From the NCBI GenBank assembly GCA_947631725.1, contig CANRML010000001.1:1-34022 (forward strand): a DNA stretch of 34,022 nucleotides. Reading direction: 5' to 3'. Positions 19,948 through 27,500 of this stretch are shown here, one piece after another; position 1 is the first letter of the stretch, and each line of letters opens with the position of its first letter. The translations under genes and the position numbers were made by a program. Source of the stretch: an uncultured Clostridia bacterium (GTDB lineage Bacteria; Bacillota; Clostridia; TANB77; CAG-508). The notes beneath the pieces are model-generated. The model had not been told where the DNA came from. It saw only the letters and a list, made by a program, of their open reading frames with translations, and did not search any database.

Positions 19948-20748
19948 TTACTTAAATTTTTTGCTGTTTAAAATACATTTTTCTAGTAAAACAACTATAC
20001 CATACATTATACCTGCTAAAACTCCTAGAATAATTACACTTGTCATAACTAAGTCTAATTTAAATACTTGCCCACCATATACAATTAAATATCCTAATCC
20101 TGCTTTTGATACTAAAAATTCTCCAGATATTACTCCTACTAATGATAATCCTATATTTACTTTTAATGAGCTAATAAATGTTGAAATATTTGCTGGCAGT
20201 ATTATTTTAGTCAAAATTTGAAATTTAGTTGCTTTAAAAGTTTTTGCCATTTTAATTAAATTTTCATCTGTTCTAAGAAATCCATTTAGGTTTTCTAAAA
20301 TTGTAACTATAAGAGAGATAGCAATTGCCATAACTATGATTGCTTGAGTTCCTGCTCCTACCCATATAATTATAATTGGTCCTAAAGCTACTTTAGGCAA
20401 ACTATTTAATACAACAAGATATGGATCTGCTACTTTTGCCAAAAAATTTGACCACCATAAAATAATGGCAATAACAATTCCCAATGTTGTTCCTAATAAA
20501 AAGCCTACAACAGTTTCATATGTTGTAACTTGTATATGATGAACTAAATCATTTGCTCCTAAATTTGTGAGTGTTGCCCATATTCTACTTGGTTGACTTG
20601 TAATAAAACTATCTATAATTTCTTTATTTGCCATCCATTCCCATATGCCTAAAAATGCAATTAGTATAAAAACTTGAGTTATCGCAACAAGTATTTTGTT
20701 TTTTCTTCTTTTTTGTAGATATTTTTTTCTATCATTTGTTTTCATCAA
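19948..20748 (-). CDS. ABC transporter permease (SsuC/TauC-like)
   Basis: 266 aa and polytopic. It overlaps the upstream ATPase gene by 17 nt, which suggests translational coupling. Confidence 0.85.
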   Translation of the reverse strand: MMKTNDRKKYLQKRRKNKILVAITQVFILIAFLGIWEWMANKEIIDSFITSQPSRIWATLTNLGANDLVHHIQVTTYETVVGFLLGTTLGIVIAIILWWSNFLAKVADPYLVVLNSLPKVALGPIIIIWVGAGTQAIIVMAIAISLIVTILENLNGFLRTDENLIKMAKTFKATKFQILTKIILPANISTFISSLKVNIGLSLVGVISGEFLVSKAGLGYLIVYGGQVFKLDLVMTSVIILGVLAGIMYGIVVLLEKCILNSKKFK

Positions 20749-21505
20749 CGCCCAACTCCTTCCATAATGTATTAAAATATTTGCTGAATTTTGGACTTTC
20801 TCTACAACTTATTGGATTTCTTTCTTCCTCTTCAAATTCCATTGTATGAATATCTTTAATTGTTCCTGGTCTTTTTGTTAAAACAATTACTCTATCTGAC
20901 ATACTAATTGCTTCAGATATATCATGTGTAACAATAAGTGCTGTAATGTTTTCTTTTCTTAAAATATTGTAGATGTCATTTGTTACCATTATTCTTGTTT
21001 GATAATCTAATGCTGAAAATGCTTCGTCTAATAGCAAGATTTTAGGTTTTATGGCTAAGGTTCTAATAAGTGCTACTCTTTGTCTCATACCACCTGATAA
21101 TTCTTGTGGATATTTATCTTTAAATTCATATAAATTATATTTTTGAAGTAAATTTTTTACATATTCATTACTTTCTTTGCTTTTTATTCCTTTGAGTTCT
21201 AGTCCTAACATAACATTACTCCAAATTGTTCTCCACTCTAATAGGCAATCTTTTTGTAACATATATCCTATTTCTTTAGATATTCCTTCTACTTTTTTGC
21301 CTTGTATAAATATTTCGCCTTCTGTTTTTTCTTCTAATCCACTAATTATTGATAATAGTGTTGATTTTCCACATCCACTAGGTCCAATAATACTAACAAA
21401 TTCACCAGCTTTGATTTTAAAATTTATATTTTCTAGAGCTTTTATTTCTCCCTTTGGAGTTTGATAAATTTTACTCATATTTTTTACTTCTAATATTTTT
21501 TCCAT
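20732..21505 (-). CDS. ABC transporter ATP-binding protein (SsuB/TauB-like)
   Basis: Walker A GPSGCGKST, signature LSGGMRQR and Walker B LLLDEAFSALD. Confidence 0.9.
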   Translation of the reverse strand: MEKILEVKNMSKIYQTPKGEIKALENINFKIKAGEFVSIIGPSGCGKSTLLSIISGLEEKTEGEIFIQGKKVEGISKEIGYMLQKDCLLEWRTIWSNVMLGLELKGIKSKESNEYVKNLLQKYNLYEFKDKYPQELSGGMRQRVALIRTLAIKPKILLLDEAFSALDYQTRIMVTNDIYNILRKENITALIVTHDISEAISMSDRVIVLTKRPGTIKDIHTMEFEEEERNPISCRESPKFSKYFNTLWKELGVDENK

Positions 21506-21641
21506 AAGTTCCTCCTTTTCTATTGCCTATTATATTTTATGTTAATCATATTTATGGAGTGACTGACAAATTTTATATATCTATTTATTTTTCTATTGAA
21601 TTATGCTATCATATTTATAACAATAGATTTAGGAGAAATTT

Positions 21642-22262
21642 ATGAAAAACTATTATGAGATATTAGAAGTTTCACAGTCTGCTTCACAAGAAGTAATAGA
21701 AAAGGCATATAAAGCATTAGCAAAAAAATATCATCCCGATTTACAAGATGGGATTGATAAAACATATGCTGAGAAAAAAATGAAAGAGCTTAATGAAGCT
21801 TATGATGTTATTTCTAATCAAGAAAAAAGAAAATCTTATGATTTCGAACTTGAAAAATTTGAACGAGAAAAACTAGTAAATAGCCAGCAAGAAATAAACC
21901 AGGCAAATAGTAATAAAGAAAAATATACTCAATCAGATGTTGCTTCTATACAAGAGCAACAAATTCAAAATGAATATATTCAAAAGCAACAACAACTTCA
22001 ATTTGAATTAGAAAAAAAGCAAGCTATTGAAAAGGCTTATCATGACGCATATATTCAAGATTTAAAAAATCGTGGTTATAAAATAAAATATAAAAAGACT
22101 TTTAAACAACATTTAAGAAATTTTATTACTATTTTAATTGTTATACTTATACTATTAGCAATTTTTCAAATTCCTTTTGTAAAAAATTATTTTGTTAATT
22201 TATATAATGAAAATGAACTCATTAAATGGATTGTTGATTTGTTTTCACTATCAAAAAAATAA
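21642..22262 (+). CDS. J-domain protein with a Q-rich middle region and a C-terminal TM helix
   Basis: [31 protein letters not shown] (HPD motif) and a C-terminal hydrophobic helix [18 protein letters not shown]. Confidence 0.85.
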   Translation: MKNYYEILEVSQSASQEVIEKAYKALAKKYHPDLQDGIDKTYAEKKMKELNEAYDVISNQEKRKSYDFELEKFEREKLVNSQQEINQANSNKEKYTQSDVASIQEQQIQNEYIQKQQQLQFELEKKQAIEKAYHDAYIQDLKNRGYKIKYKKTFKQHLRNFITILIVILILLAIFQIPFVKNYFVNLYNENELIKWIVDLFSLSKK

Positions 22263-22286
22263 TTGCTTTATTTTTAGCAATTATTT
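22257..22286. terminator. Bidirectional terminator between the J-domain gene and trmL
   Basis: AAATAATTGCT (22257-22267) / AGCAATTATTT (22276-22286) with T-runs on both strands. Confidence 0.6.
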
Positions 22287-22291
22287 TTATA

Positions 22292-22795
22292 TTATTTATC
22301 AAAATATGTACTTACTTTTTGTAAGTCTTCAAATTTGTGTTGTCTTAATATTTCATATGTGATTATAGCAACAGAATTTGACAAATTTAATGACCTTAAT
22401 GTAGATAACATTGGTATTCGTATTGTTTTTGTATCTAAATATTTTTTTAGTAATTCTTCTGGTAATCCTTTTGTTTCTTTTCCATATAAAATGAAAACTT
22501 CATCCATTTGTGAATAATCTATATCTGTATATTTTGTTTTTCCTTTTGTTGTTGCAAAAAACATATTGTTCTCTTCTGGTTTATACTTGTCTAAAAAGTC
22601 TTTTAATGAATTATGTTCTTCTATTTCAACTTTATCCCAATAGTCTAATCCTGCTCTTTTTATTGATTTTTCGTCTATTTTAAATCCTAAGGGATGCACT
22701 AAATGCAATTTTGACCCTGTTATTGCACAGGTTCTAGCAATATTTCCTGTGTTTTGTGGAATTTCAGGTTCGACCATTACAGTGTGTATTATCAT
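22292..22795 (-). CDS. trmL: tRNA (cytidine/uridine-2'-O)-methyltransferase TrmL (SpoU family)
   Basis: 167 aa. EPEIPQNTGNIARTCAITGSKLHLVHPLGF matches the TrmL/YibK N-terminal signature. Confidence 0.85.
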   Translation of the reverse strand: MIIHTVMVEPEIPQNTGNIARTCAITGSKLHLVHPLGFKIDEKSIKRAGLDYWDKVEIEEHNSLKDFLDKYKPEENNMFFATTKGKTKYTDIDYSQMDEVFILYGKETKGLPEELLKKYLDTKTIRIPMLSTLRSLNLSNSVAIITYEILRQHKFEDLQKVSTYFDK

Positions 22796-22823
22796 TTTTT
22801 CACTTTCTTTCTTTAAAAAATTT

Positions 22824-22848
22824 GAGGGTAGATGTTTTATCTACCCCC
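22824..22848 (-). terminator. Intrinsic terminator of aqpZ
   Basis: GGGTAGAT (22826-22833) / ATCTACCC (22839-22846), followed on the minus strand by AAATTTTTT. Confidence 0.6.
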
Positions 22849-22864
22849 ATTATTTCAGTTTTTT

Positions 22865-23545
22865 CTATTTGTTTTCTTCTTTATTTAAAAATTTAAATGT
22901 AAATGCTGCTATTGCAGAACCTACTAATGGTGCTAAGATAAATACCCATACTTGTTTTAATGCTTCTCCACCTAAAAATAATGCTGGTGCTAAGCTTCTT
23001 GCTGGGTTTACAGATGTTCCTGTTAATTGAATTCCCATAATATGTACAAATGCTAGTGTTAATCCGATAACCACACCTGCTATTTGTGATTTACTTTCAT
23101 CTGATGTTACTCCTAAAATTGTGTAAACAAATACAAATGTTAAAACAACTTCTGTAATAATTGCTCCTAACATATTTAAGTTAATAGGTGATAATTCTCC
23201 AAATCCATTTGCTCCTAATCCTGTTACTGCAACATCTAATCCAGAACATGCAATAATTCCATAAAGGATTCCTATTCCTATTACTGCACCAATAACTTGT
23301 GCAATTACATATCCTATAAAGTCTTTTACTGTTAGTTTTTTGTTAATTAACATTGCTAAAGATACTGCTGGATTGATATGGCATCCTGATATGTTTCCTA
23401 TAACATAAGCCATAGCTACAATTGATAGTCCAAATGCTAGAGCAATTCCTAATATTCCTAATACTCCTCCTGAAAGTGCTGCGCTTCCGCAACCAAATAA
23501 TACAAGTACTGCCGTTCCTATACACTCACATAAATATTTTTTCAT
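22865..23545 (-). CDS. aqpZ: Aquaporin Z / MIP-family channel
   Basis: Two NPA boxes (HINPAVS and SVNPARS) in a 226-aa six-helix protein. Confidence 0.9.
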   Translation of the reverse strand: MKKYLCECIGTAVLVLFGCGSAALSGGVLGILGIALAFGLSIVAMAYVIGNISGCHINPAVSLAMLINKKLTVKDFIGYVIAQVIGAVIGIGILYGIIACSGLDVAVTGLGANGFGELSPINLNMLGAIITEVVLTFVFVYTILGVTSDESKSQIAGVVIGLTLAFVHIMGIQLTGTSVNPARSLAPALFLGGEALKQVWVFILAPLVGSAIAAFTFKFLNKEENK

Positions 23546-23581
23546 ATATTCCCCTCCTTATGGCTTTATTATATTGTAACA

Positions 23582-24382
23582 TTATTTTTTTGTCAATAAT
23601 ATCTTTTGTCTGACATATTCATATCCAATAATTCCTGTTGCAACAGATGCATTTAGGCTTTCTGTCTTTCCTAACATAGGGATTTTTATTTTTTTGTCTG
23701 CCATTTCTTGTATTTGTTTTGATACTCCATTTGCTTCATTTCCAATGACTATTGCTTTTTTATAGTATTTTATATCATAAATACTTTCATCTGTTTGTAA
23801 AGAGGTTACCACTACTTCAAATTTATGTTTTTTTACTTCTTTTAAAGTTTTGCTTAAATCTTCGCATTCTAATATATTAACTCTAAAAATTGCTCCCATT
23901 GTTGAACGTACAACTTTTGGATTAAATACATCTGCTGTTCCTTTTGATACTAAAATTTGTGTTAATCCAATACTATCTACTGTTCTTAAGATTGTTCCTA
24001 AATTTCCTGGATCTTGAATATCGTCTAAAGCTATTAAAATATCTTCGTTATAGTTTATTTGTTGATTTGGGTTTGTTTTTTCTAAAATTGCAATAATTCC
24101 TTGTGGTGCAACAACACTTGTAAGGCTTTCAAATACTTTTTTTGTTACATATATACATTCATATTTAGCAATTTCATACATTAAGTCTTTTGGTATTGCT
24201 TCTGTTTTTTCACAATCGTCACAAATTACAATTTGATTGATTTTTACTTTTTCTTGTATAGCTTCTGAAATTAATTTAATACCTTCTATAATATATTCAT
24301 TGCTCAAGTCTCTATATTTTTTGTCTTTTAACTTTTTTATATGTTTAATATATTCATTTTCTTTACTTGATATTGTTTGCAT
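23582..24382 (-). CDS. TrmH/SpoU-family RNA 2'-O-methyltransferase (RlmB/YsgA-like)
   Basis: 266 aa with an N-terminal substrate-binding-like domain. SpoU motifs DIQDPGNLGTILRT, IVIGNEANGVS and ESLNASVATGI. Confidence 0.85.
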   Translation of the reverse strand: MQTISSKENEYIKHIKKLKDKKYRDLSNEYIIEGIKLISEAIQEKVKINQIVICDDCEKTEAIPKDLMYEIAKYECIYVTKKVFESLTSVVAPQGIIAILEKTNPNQQINYNEDILIALDDIQDPGNLGTILRTVDSIGLTQILVSKGTADVFNPKVVRSTMGAIFRVNILECEDLSKTLKEVKKHKFEVVVTSLQTDESIYDIKYYKKAIVIGNEANGVSKQIQEMADKKIKIPMLGKTESLNASVATGIIGYEYVRQKILLTKK

Positions 24383-24544
24383 ATTTCTTCCTTTCTAAAT
24401 TTTATTTTACTCTTTTAAAGTTTTTTTATACTTTTTAATTATATTATTTTTTTATATTTTTTTCAATCCTTATCAAGTAGAAAACGCCGTAGTTTCAGTT
24501 GAATTATATTGGATTATAAATTGGGCATGTATTTTGTATAATAA

Positions 24545-24582
24545 AAATAGCTTAACACTTGTTATCAAGTATCAAGCTATTT
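24545..24582 (-). terminator. Possible terminator about 140 nt downstream of the MazF-like gene
   Basis: AAATAGCTT (24545-24553) / AAGCTATTT (24574-24582) with a 20-nt loop. A T-run follows on the minus strand. Confidence 0.35.
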
Positions 24583-24722
24583 AGCTTTTCATCATAGGTC
24601 TAAAACCTATGGCATTGGCATACCGCCTCAAATATCTATATTAAGTATAGCATTTTTTAAACGATAAGTCAATCAAAACATAAAATTCATTTCTATGTTT
24701 CATAATTAGTATATGCAATATA

Positions 24723-25316
24723 TTATTGATTATTTTGTAATTTTTGCATTTTATAATGTATTGGTTCAAATATCTGTTCAAATAATTTTACATAAATTTT
24801 GTCAAAAAATTGTTTTGAAGTTTTGCCTAATCTTGAAATAACCCTATTTTTATCAATGTATATAGCTTCATATAACATAATTACAGTTTTTCTTTGAAAG
24901 CCATCATTTGTAGTTCCAACTTCAAATTCTGGGTAAATATTACCGTTTCTATCTTTTCTTGGTATACCGCTTGAACAAGGAACTATAAATATTTTGGTAG
25001 CAGTTTCTTTTATAACAATAGCAGGGTGTATATATGCAAATTCTCTATCATAATTATTCCAACCTAAATCGACTAAAAGAATTTCACCTAAACTATATTT
25101 AGTAAAATTGTTTTTCTGTGATGCTGCTAAGTGTTTTTCATTTGATTCTATCCATAAAGCAATCTCATATGCAGATTGTTTAATTAATTTAACCTCATAA
25201 TTTTTTAAAGATGTAAAAAACTCTTTTTTTAGTTTTTCATCTTCCATAAATTTTATGTTTTTAAATTTTGTATCATTTCTTTTTATTAAATTTATAATAT
25301 TTTTATTTATATCCAT
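24723..25316 (-). CDS. MazF/PemK-fold toxin domain protein with a roughly 75-aa N-terminal extension
   Basis: C-terminal pattern GEILLVDLG...YIHPAIVI...IFIVPCSS...EFEV...AIYIDKNRVISRLGK parallels MazF (GDLIWVDF...RPAVVL...VPCTT...FEV...). At 197 aa it is much longer than the usual ~110 aa. Confidence 0.6.
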   Translation of the reverse strand: MDINKNIINLIKRNDTKFKNIKFMEDEKLKKEFFTSLKNYEVKLIKQSAYEIALWIESNEKHLAASQKNNFTKYSLGEILLVDLGWNNYDREFAYIHPAIVIKETATKIFIVPCSSGIPRKDRNGNIYPEFEVGTTNDGFQRKTVIMLYEAIYIDKNRVISRLGKTSKQFFDKIYVKLFEQIFEPIHYKMQKLQNNQ

Positions 25317-25346
25317 ATATATTTATCACTTCCTATTTTTTGGAAA

Positions 25347-25375
25347 ATTATACAGTATTTATAAGCCAAAGTCAA
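25347..25375 (-). promoter_or_regulatory. Promoter of the MazF-like gene: TTGACT-17-TATAAT
   Basis: Reverse complement of 25370-25375 is TTGACT. Reverse complement of 25347-25352 is TATAAT. The spacer is exactly 17 nt. Confidence 0.6.
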
Positions 25376-25444
25376 TAGATTTTAGAACAAAAGTTTGTAA
25401 TATTATAGAATTTTTTAAAGTATAGTATACTTCTCTAAGAGTTT

Positions 25445-25474
25445 TTACTTATTATGAATATATCCTTGTATAAT
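25445..25474 (+). promoter_or_regulatory. Candidate transposase promoter with an extended -10 (TGTATAAT)
   Basis: TGTATAAT at 25467-25474, with a weak -35 TTACTT about 18 nt upstream. Confidence 0.4.
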
Positions 25475-25517
25475 ATAATAAAGTTTAAAATTTAATATAT
25501 TATAAATGGTGATAAAT

Positions 25518-26662
25518 ATGTCAAAGTATACTATCAAACAAATATTAATTGATAACTGGGATAGATTTATTTTAGAAAATCCTAATTTAACTATTAGACC
25601 TATTGTATTTGAAGAAGTAAAGCGCACTATAAACTGTGGAAATCCTGATTTGGGTTATGCTTTATATTATTGTGAACATTGCAATAAATTTGTTCACGTT
25701 CCATTTCGCTGTAAATCAAGATTTTGTAATACTTGTGGTTTAAATATGCTCAAGATAGGGCTTTTAATATTTCAAAAAAAATTATTCGTTGTAGGCATAG
25801 ACATATCGTGTTCACTATTCCTGAACAACTTCGTATATATTTCTTGGAAGATAGAAATTTATTAAATGGATTATTCGAAGCTGCTTCTGAAACTGTTTTA
25901 TCTTGGTTTCGTGATATAAATAAATCTCAAAACTTTACCCCAGGAATTATGTGTACACTACATACATTTGGGAGAGATTTAAAATGGAATCCTCATATTC
26001 ATATGCTTTGCTCTGAAGGTGGTGCTGGTAATTCAGAAGTGTTTAGAAAAGTACCTCATATCGCTTTTAAAGCTCTTCGCTTCCGTTGGCAAAAATTATT
26101 ACTATCATATTTATCTAAAAATTTACCTATATCTAAATTAACTTCTTTTAAAAAACTAAAAAATTACTTATATTCAAATTTTAATAATGGTTTTTACGTT
26201 TATGCAAAACCAGATAATATATCCTCTATTAAAATCGCTGTAGATTATGTGGTTAGATATACTGGTAGACCTGCTATGGCTCAATCTCGCATCTTGAATT
26301 ATGATGGAGAATATGTTACATTTTATTACGAACGTCATGAGGATAACAAAAGAGTTGAAGAAACTGTCCATGTATTTGATTTTATAAAAAGAATTATTAT
26401 TCACATTCCAAATAAACACTTTAAAGTTGTTCGTTATTATGGACTATATGCAAAAAATCACAAACATTCTTCTAAAATATTTAAAATGTTATCTCAAATA
26501 CAAATTGAAATTAGACAACAACTTAGAAAATGGAGAATTTCTATTGAGTTGTCTTTTGGCTATGACCCAACTAAATGTTCTTGTGGTAATTTTATGATAT
26601 TCTTTAAATTAGTGATTCCAAAAAAATTTTCTATTGCAACAACTAGTCCTCCTGTTGTATAA
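25518..26662 (+). mobile_element. IS91-family (HUH, Y2 rolling-circle) transposase gene, split by a -1 frameshift at 25739-25745
   Basis: N-terminal zinc-binding domain CGNPDLGYALYYCEHCNKFVHVPFRCKSRFCNTCG, HUH motif WNPHIHML, and Tyr motifs VVRYTGRPAMAQSRI and VVRYYGLYA. The reading frame switches between the track ORFs 25506..25865 and 25733..26662. Element ends are not defined. Confidence 0.8.
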
Positions 26663-26682
26663 TTATATTGGAGGTGCATACT

Positions 26683-27060
26683 ATGAAAAATGAAACAATA
26701 TTACCATTTGCAAATGAAACAAAAAAATTAAAAAATGATTTTAAAAGAATGATTGATGATATGCCTGATGAAGACTTTCTGGATATGATGTTCTTTCTTC
26801 TGAATAGTGAATTTGATGAAGATTTTGATGAAGAATTTGAAGATGAGTTTGAGGAAGAATTTGAAAATCCTTTTTCTGGAGAAATGGTAAATTTTAGATG
26901 TCCAGACTGTCAAAAAATTAGTGCTTACCCTATTGAAATTATTAACGATATTTATGAAACAACAAAAAAAGAACCACAAGTCGACTGCTATCACTGTAAA
27001 AGCCACAATTCATCTCCAATTTACTACAAGACCCCTAACGGAAAAATATTTAAAAACTAA
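26683..27060 (+). CDS. Hyper-acidic protein with a C-terminal CxxC...CxxC zinc ribbon
   Basis: GGAGG at 26670-26674, then ATG at 26683, 20 nt after the transposase stop. Acidic stretch DDMPDEDFLDMM...EFDEDFDEEFEDEFEEEFENPF. Cysteine pairs CPDC and CYHC. Confidence 0.65.
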   Translation: MKNETILPFANETKKLKNDFKRMIDDMPDEDFLDMMFFLLNSEFDEDFDEEFEDEFEEEFENPFSGEMVNFRCPDCQKISAYPIEIINDIYETTKKEPQVDCYHCKSHNSSPIYYKTPNGKIFKN

Positions 27061-27084
27061 ACTTCAAAAAAAATCATATTTTTG

Positions 27085-27110
27085 AGGCATACTTGTTATG
27101 CCTTATTTTT
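27085..27110 (+). terminator. Intrinsic terminator after the acidic zinc-ribbon gene
   Basis: AGGCATA (27085-27091) / TATGCCT (27097-27103), followed by TATTTTTT. Confidence 0.55.
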
Positions 27111-27151
27111 TATATTAAAAAAATGAGTTTTGGAGAAATTTCCTATAACAT

Positions 27152-27191
27152 AAAAAAGCAAAACCCTTATCTGTTAATTATCAGATAAGGG
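27152..27191 (-). terminator. Intrinsic terminator of the 71-aa gene
   Basis: A 10-bp stem CCCTTATCTG (27164-27173) / CAGATAAGGG (27182-27191), followed on the minus strand by TTTTGCTTTTTT. Confidence 0.65.
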
Positions 27192-27198
27192 TGCCCTT

Positions 27199-27414
27199 TT
27201 ACCGAGGTATCATTGTGCCACAGGCCAAAAGAACTATTGCCGCGAACAGTACTGGAACTGCATTTAGTCCTGCAACATAGACAAGGTCGGTATCTTCGTC
27301 ATAGTACATATCAAGAAACATAATATGATACCATTTCACCTCATCCTTCTTAAATGTCTGAAGTTCAAAGAGTTGCAAGCCTTTTTCCAACATGTTTTTG
27401 ATTTTCTCCTTCAT
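27199..27414 (-). CDS. Small tail-anchored membrane protein (71 aa), function unknown, foreign composition
   Basis: AGGAG RBS. Soluble N-terminal ~48 aa, then a C-terminal helix LNAVPVLFAAIVLLACGTMI. I counted 84 G+C in 216 nt (39%), against about 25-28% in the flanking genes. Confidence 0.6.
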   Translation of the reverse strand: MKEKIKNMLEKGLQLFELQTFKKDEVKWYHIMFLDMYYDEDTDLVYVAGLNAVPVLFAAIVLLACGTMIPR

Positions 27415-27471
27415 ACTGTCTTCTCCTTTCCCTATAGGGGGTGTTAATTTAAAATAAGTTTCTATACATAT

Positions 27472-27500
27472 ATTATACCACTTTTACTGCTTTTTTTCAA
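27472..27500 (-). promoter_or_regulatory. Promoter of the 71-aa gene: TTGAAA-17-TGgTATAAT, overlapping the 3' end of mfd
   Basis: Reverse complement of 27495-27500 is TTGAAA. The spacer is 17 nt. Reverse complement of 27472-27480 is TGGTATAAT, an extended -10. Confidence 0.6.

Noticed and set aside
21506-21641. Looked for a TPP or other riboswitch upstream of the NMT1/THI5-type ABC operon
   Set aside because: The leader is only about 135 nt and is shared with the divergent J-domain gene. It lacks the CTGAGA / ACCTGATCTGGATAATGCCAGCG-type TPP elements and any obvious conserved structure.
24470-24571. 10-bp direct repeat TTATCAAGTA (24470-24479 and 24562-24571), which could be a target-site duplication around an 82-bp insert
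   Set aside because: The enclosed segment has no terminal inverted repeats. The repeat is AT-rich and short, so it is compatible with chance.
25445-25627. Minus-strand 60-aa ORF that overlaps the transposase start and could be an antitoxin for the MazF-like gene
   Set aside because: It has a hydrophobic low-complexity translation and no RBS. It overlaps the transposase coding start on the opposite strand and lies upstream of the mapped toxin promoter.
24625-27088. Possible inverted repeats GCCTCAAATAT (24625-24635) and ATATTTTTGAGGC (27076-27088), which would bracket the toxin, transposase and acidic gene as one 2.46-kb unit
   Set aside because: There is only an 8-nt perfect core with an indel. 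The right copy is part of the terminator stem. IS91-family elements do not rely on long terminal inverted repeats. The evidence is insufficient without other copies.
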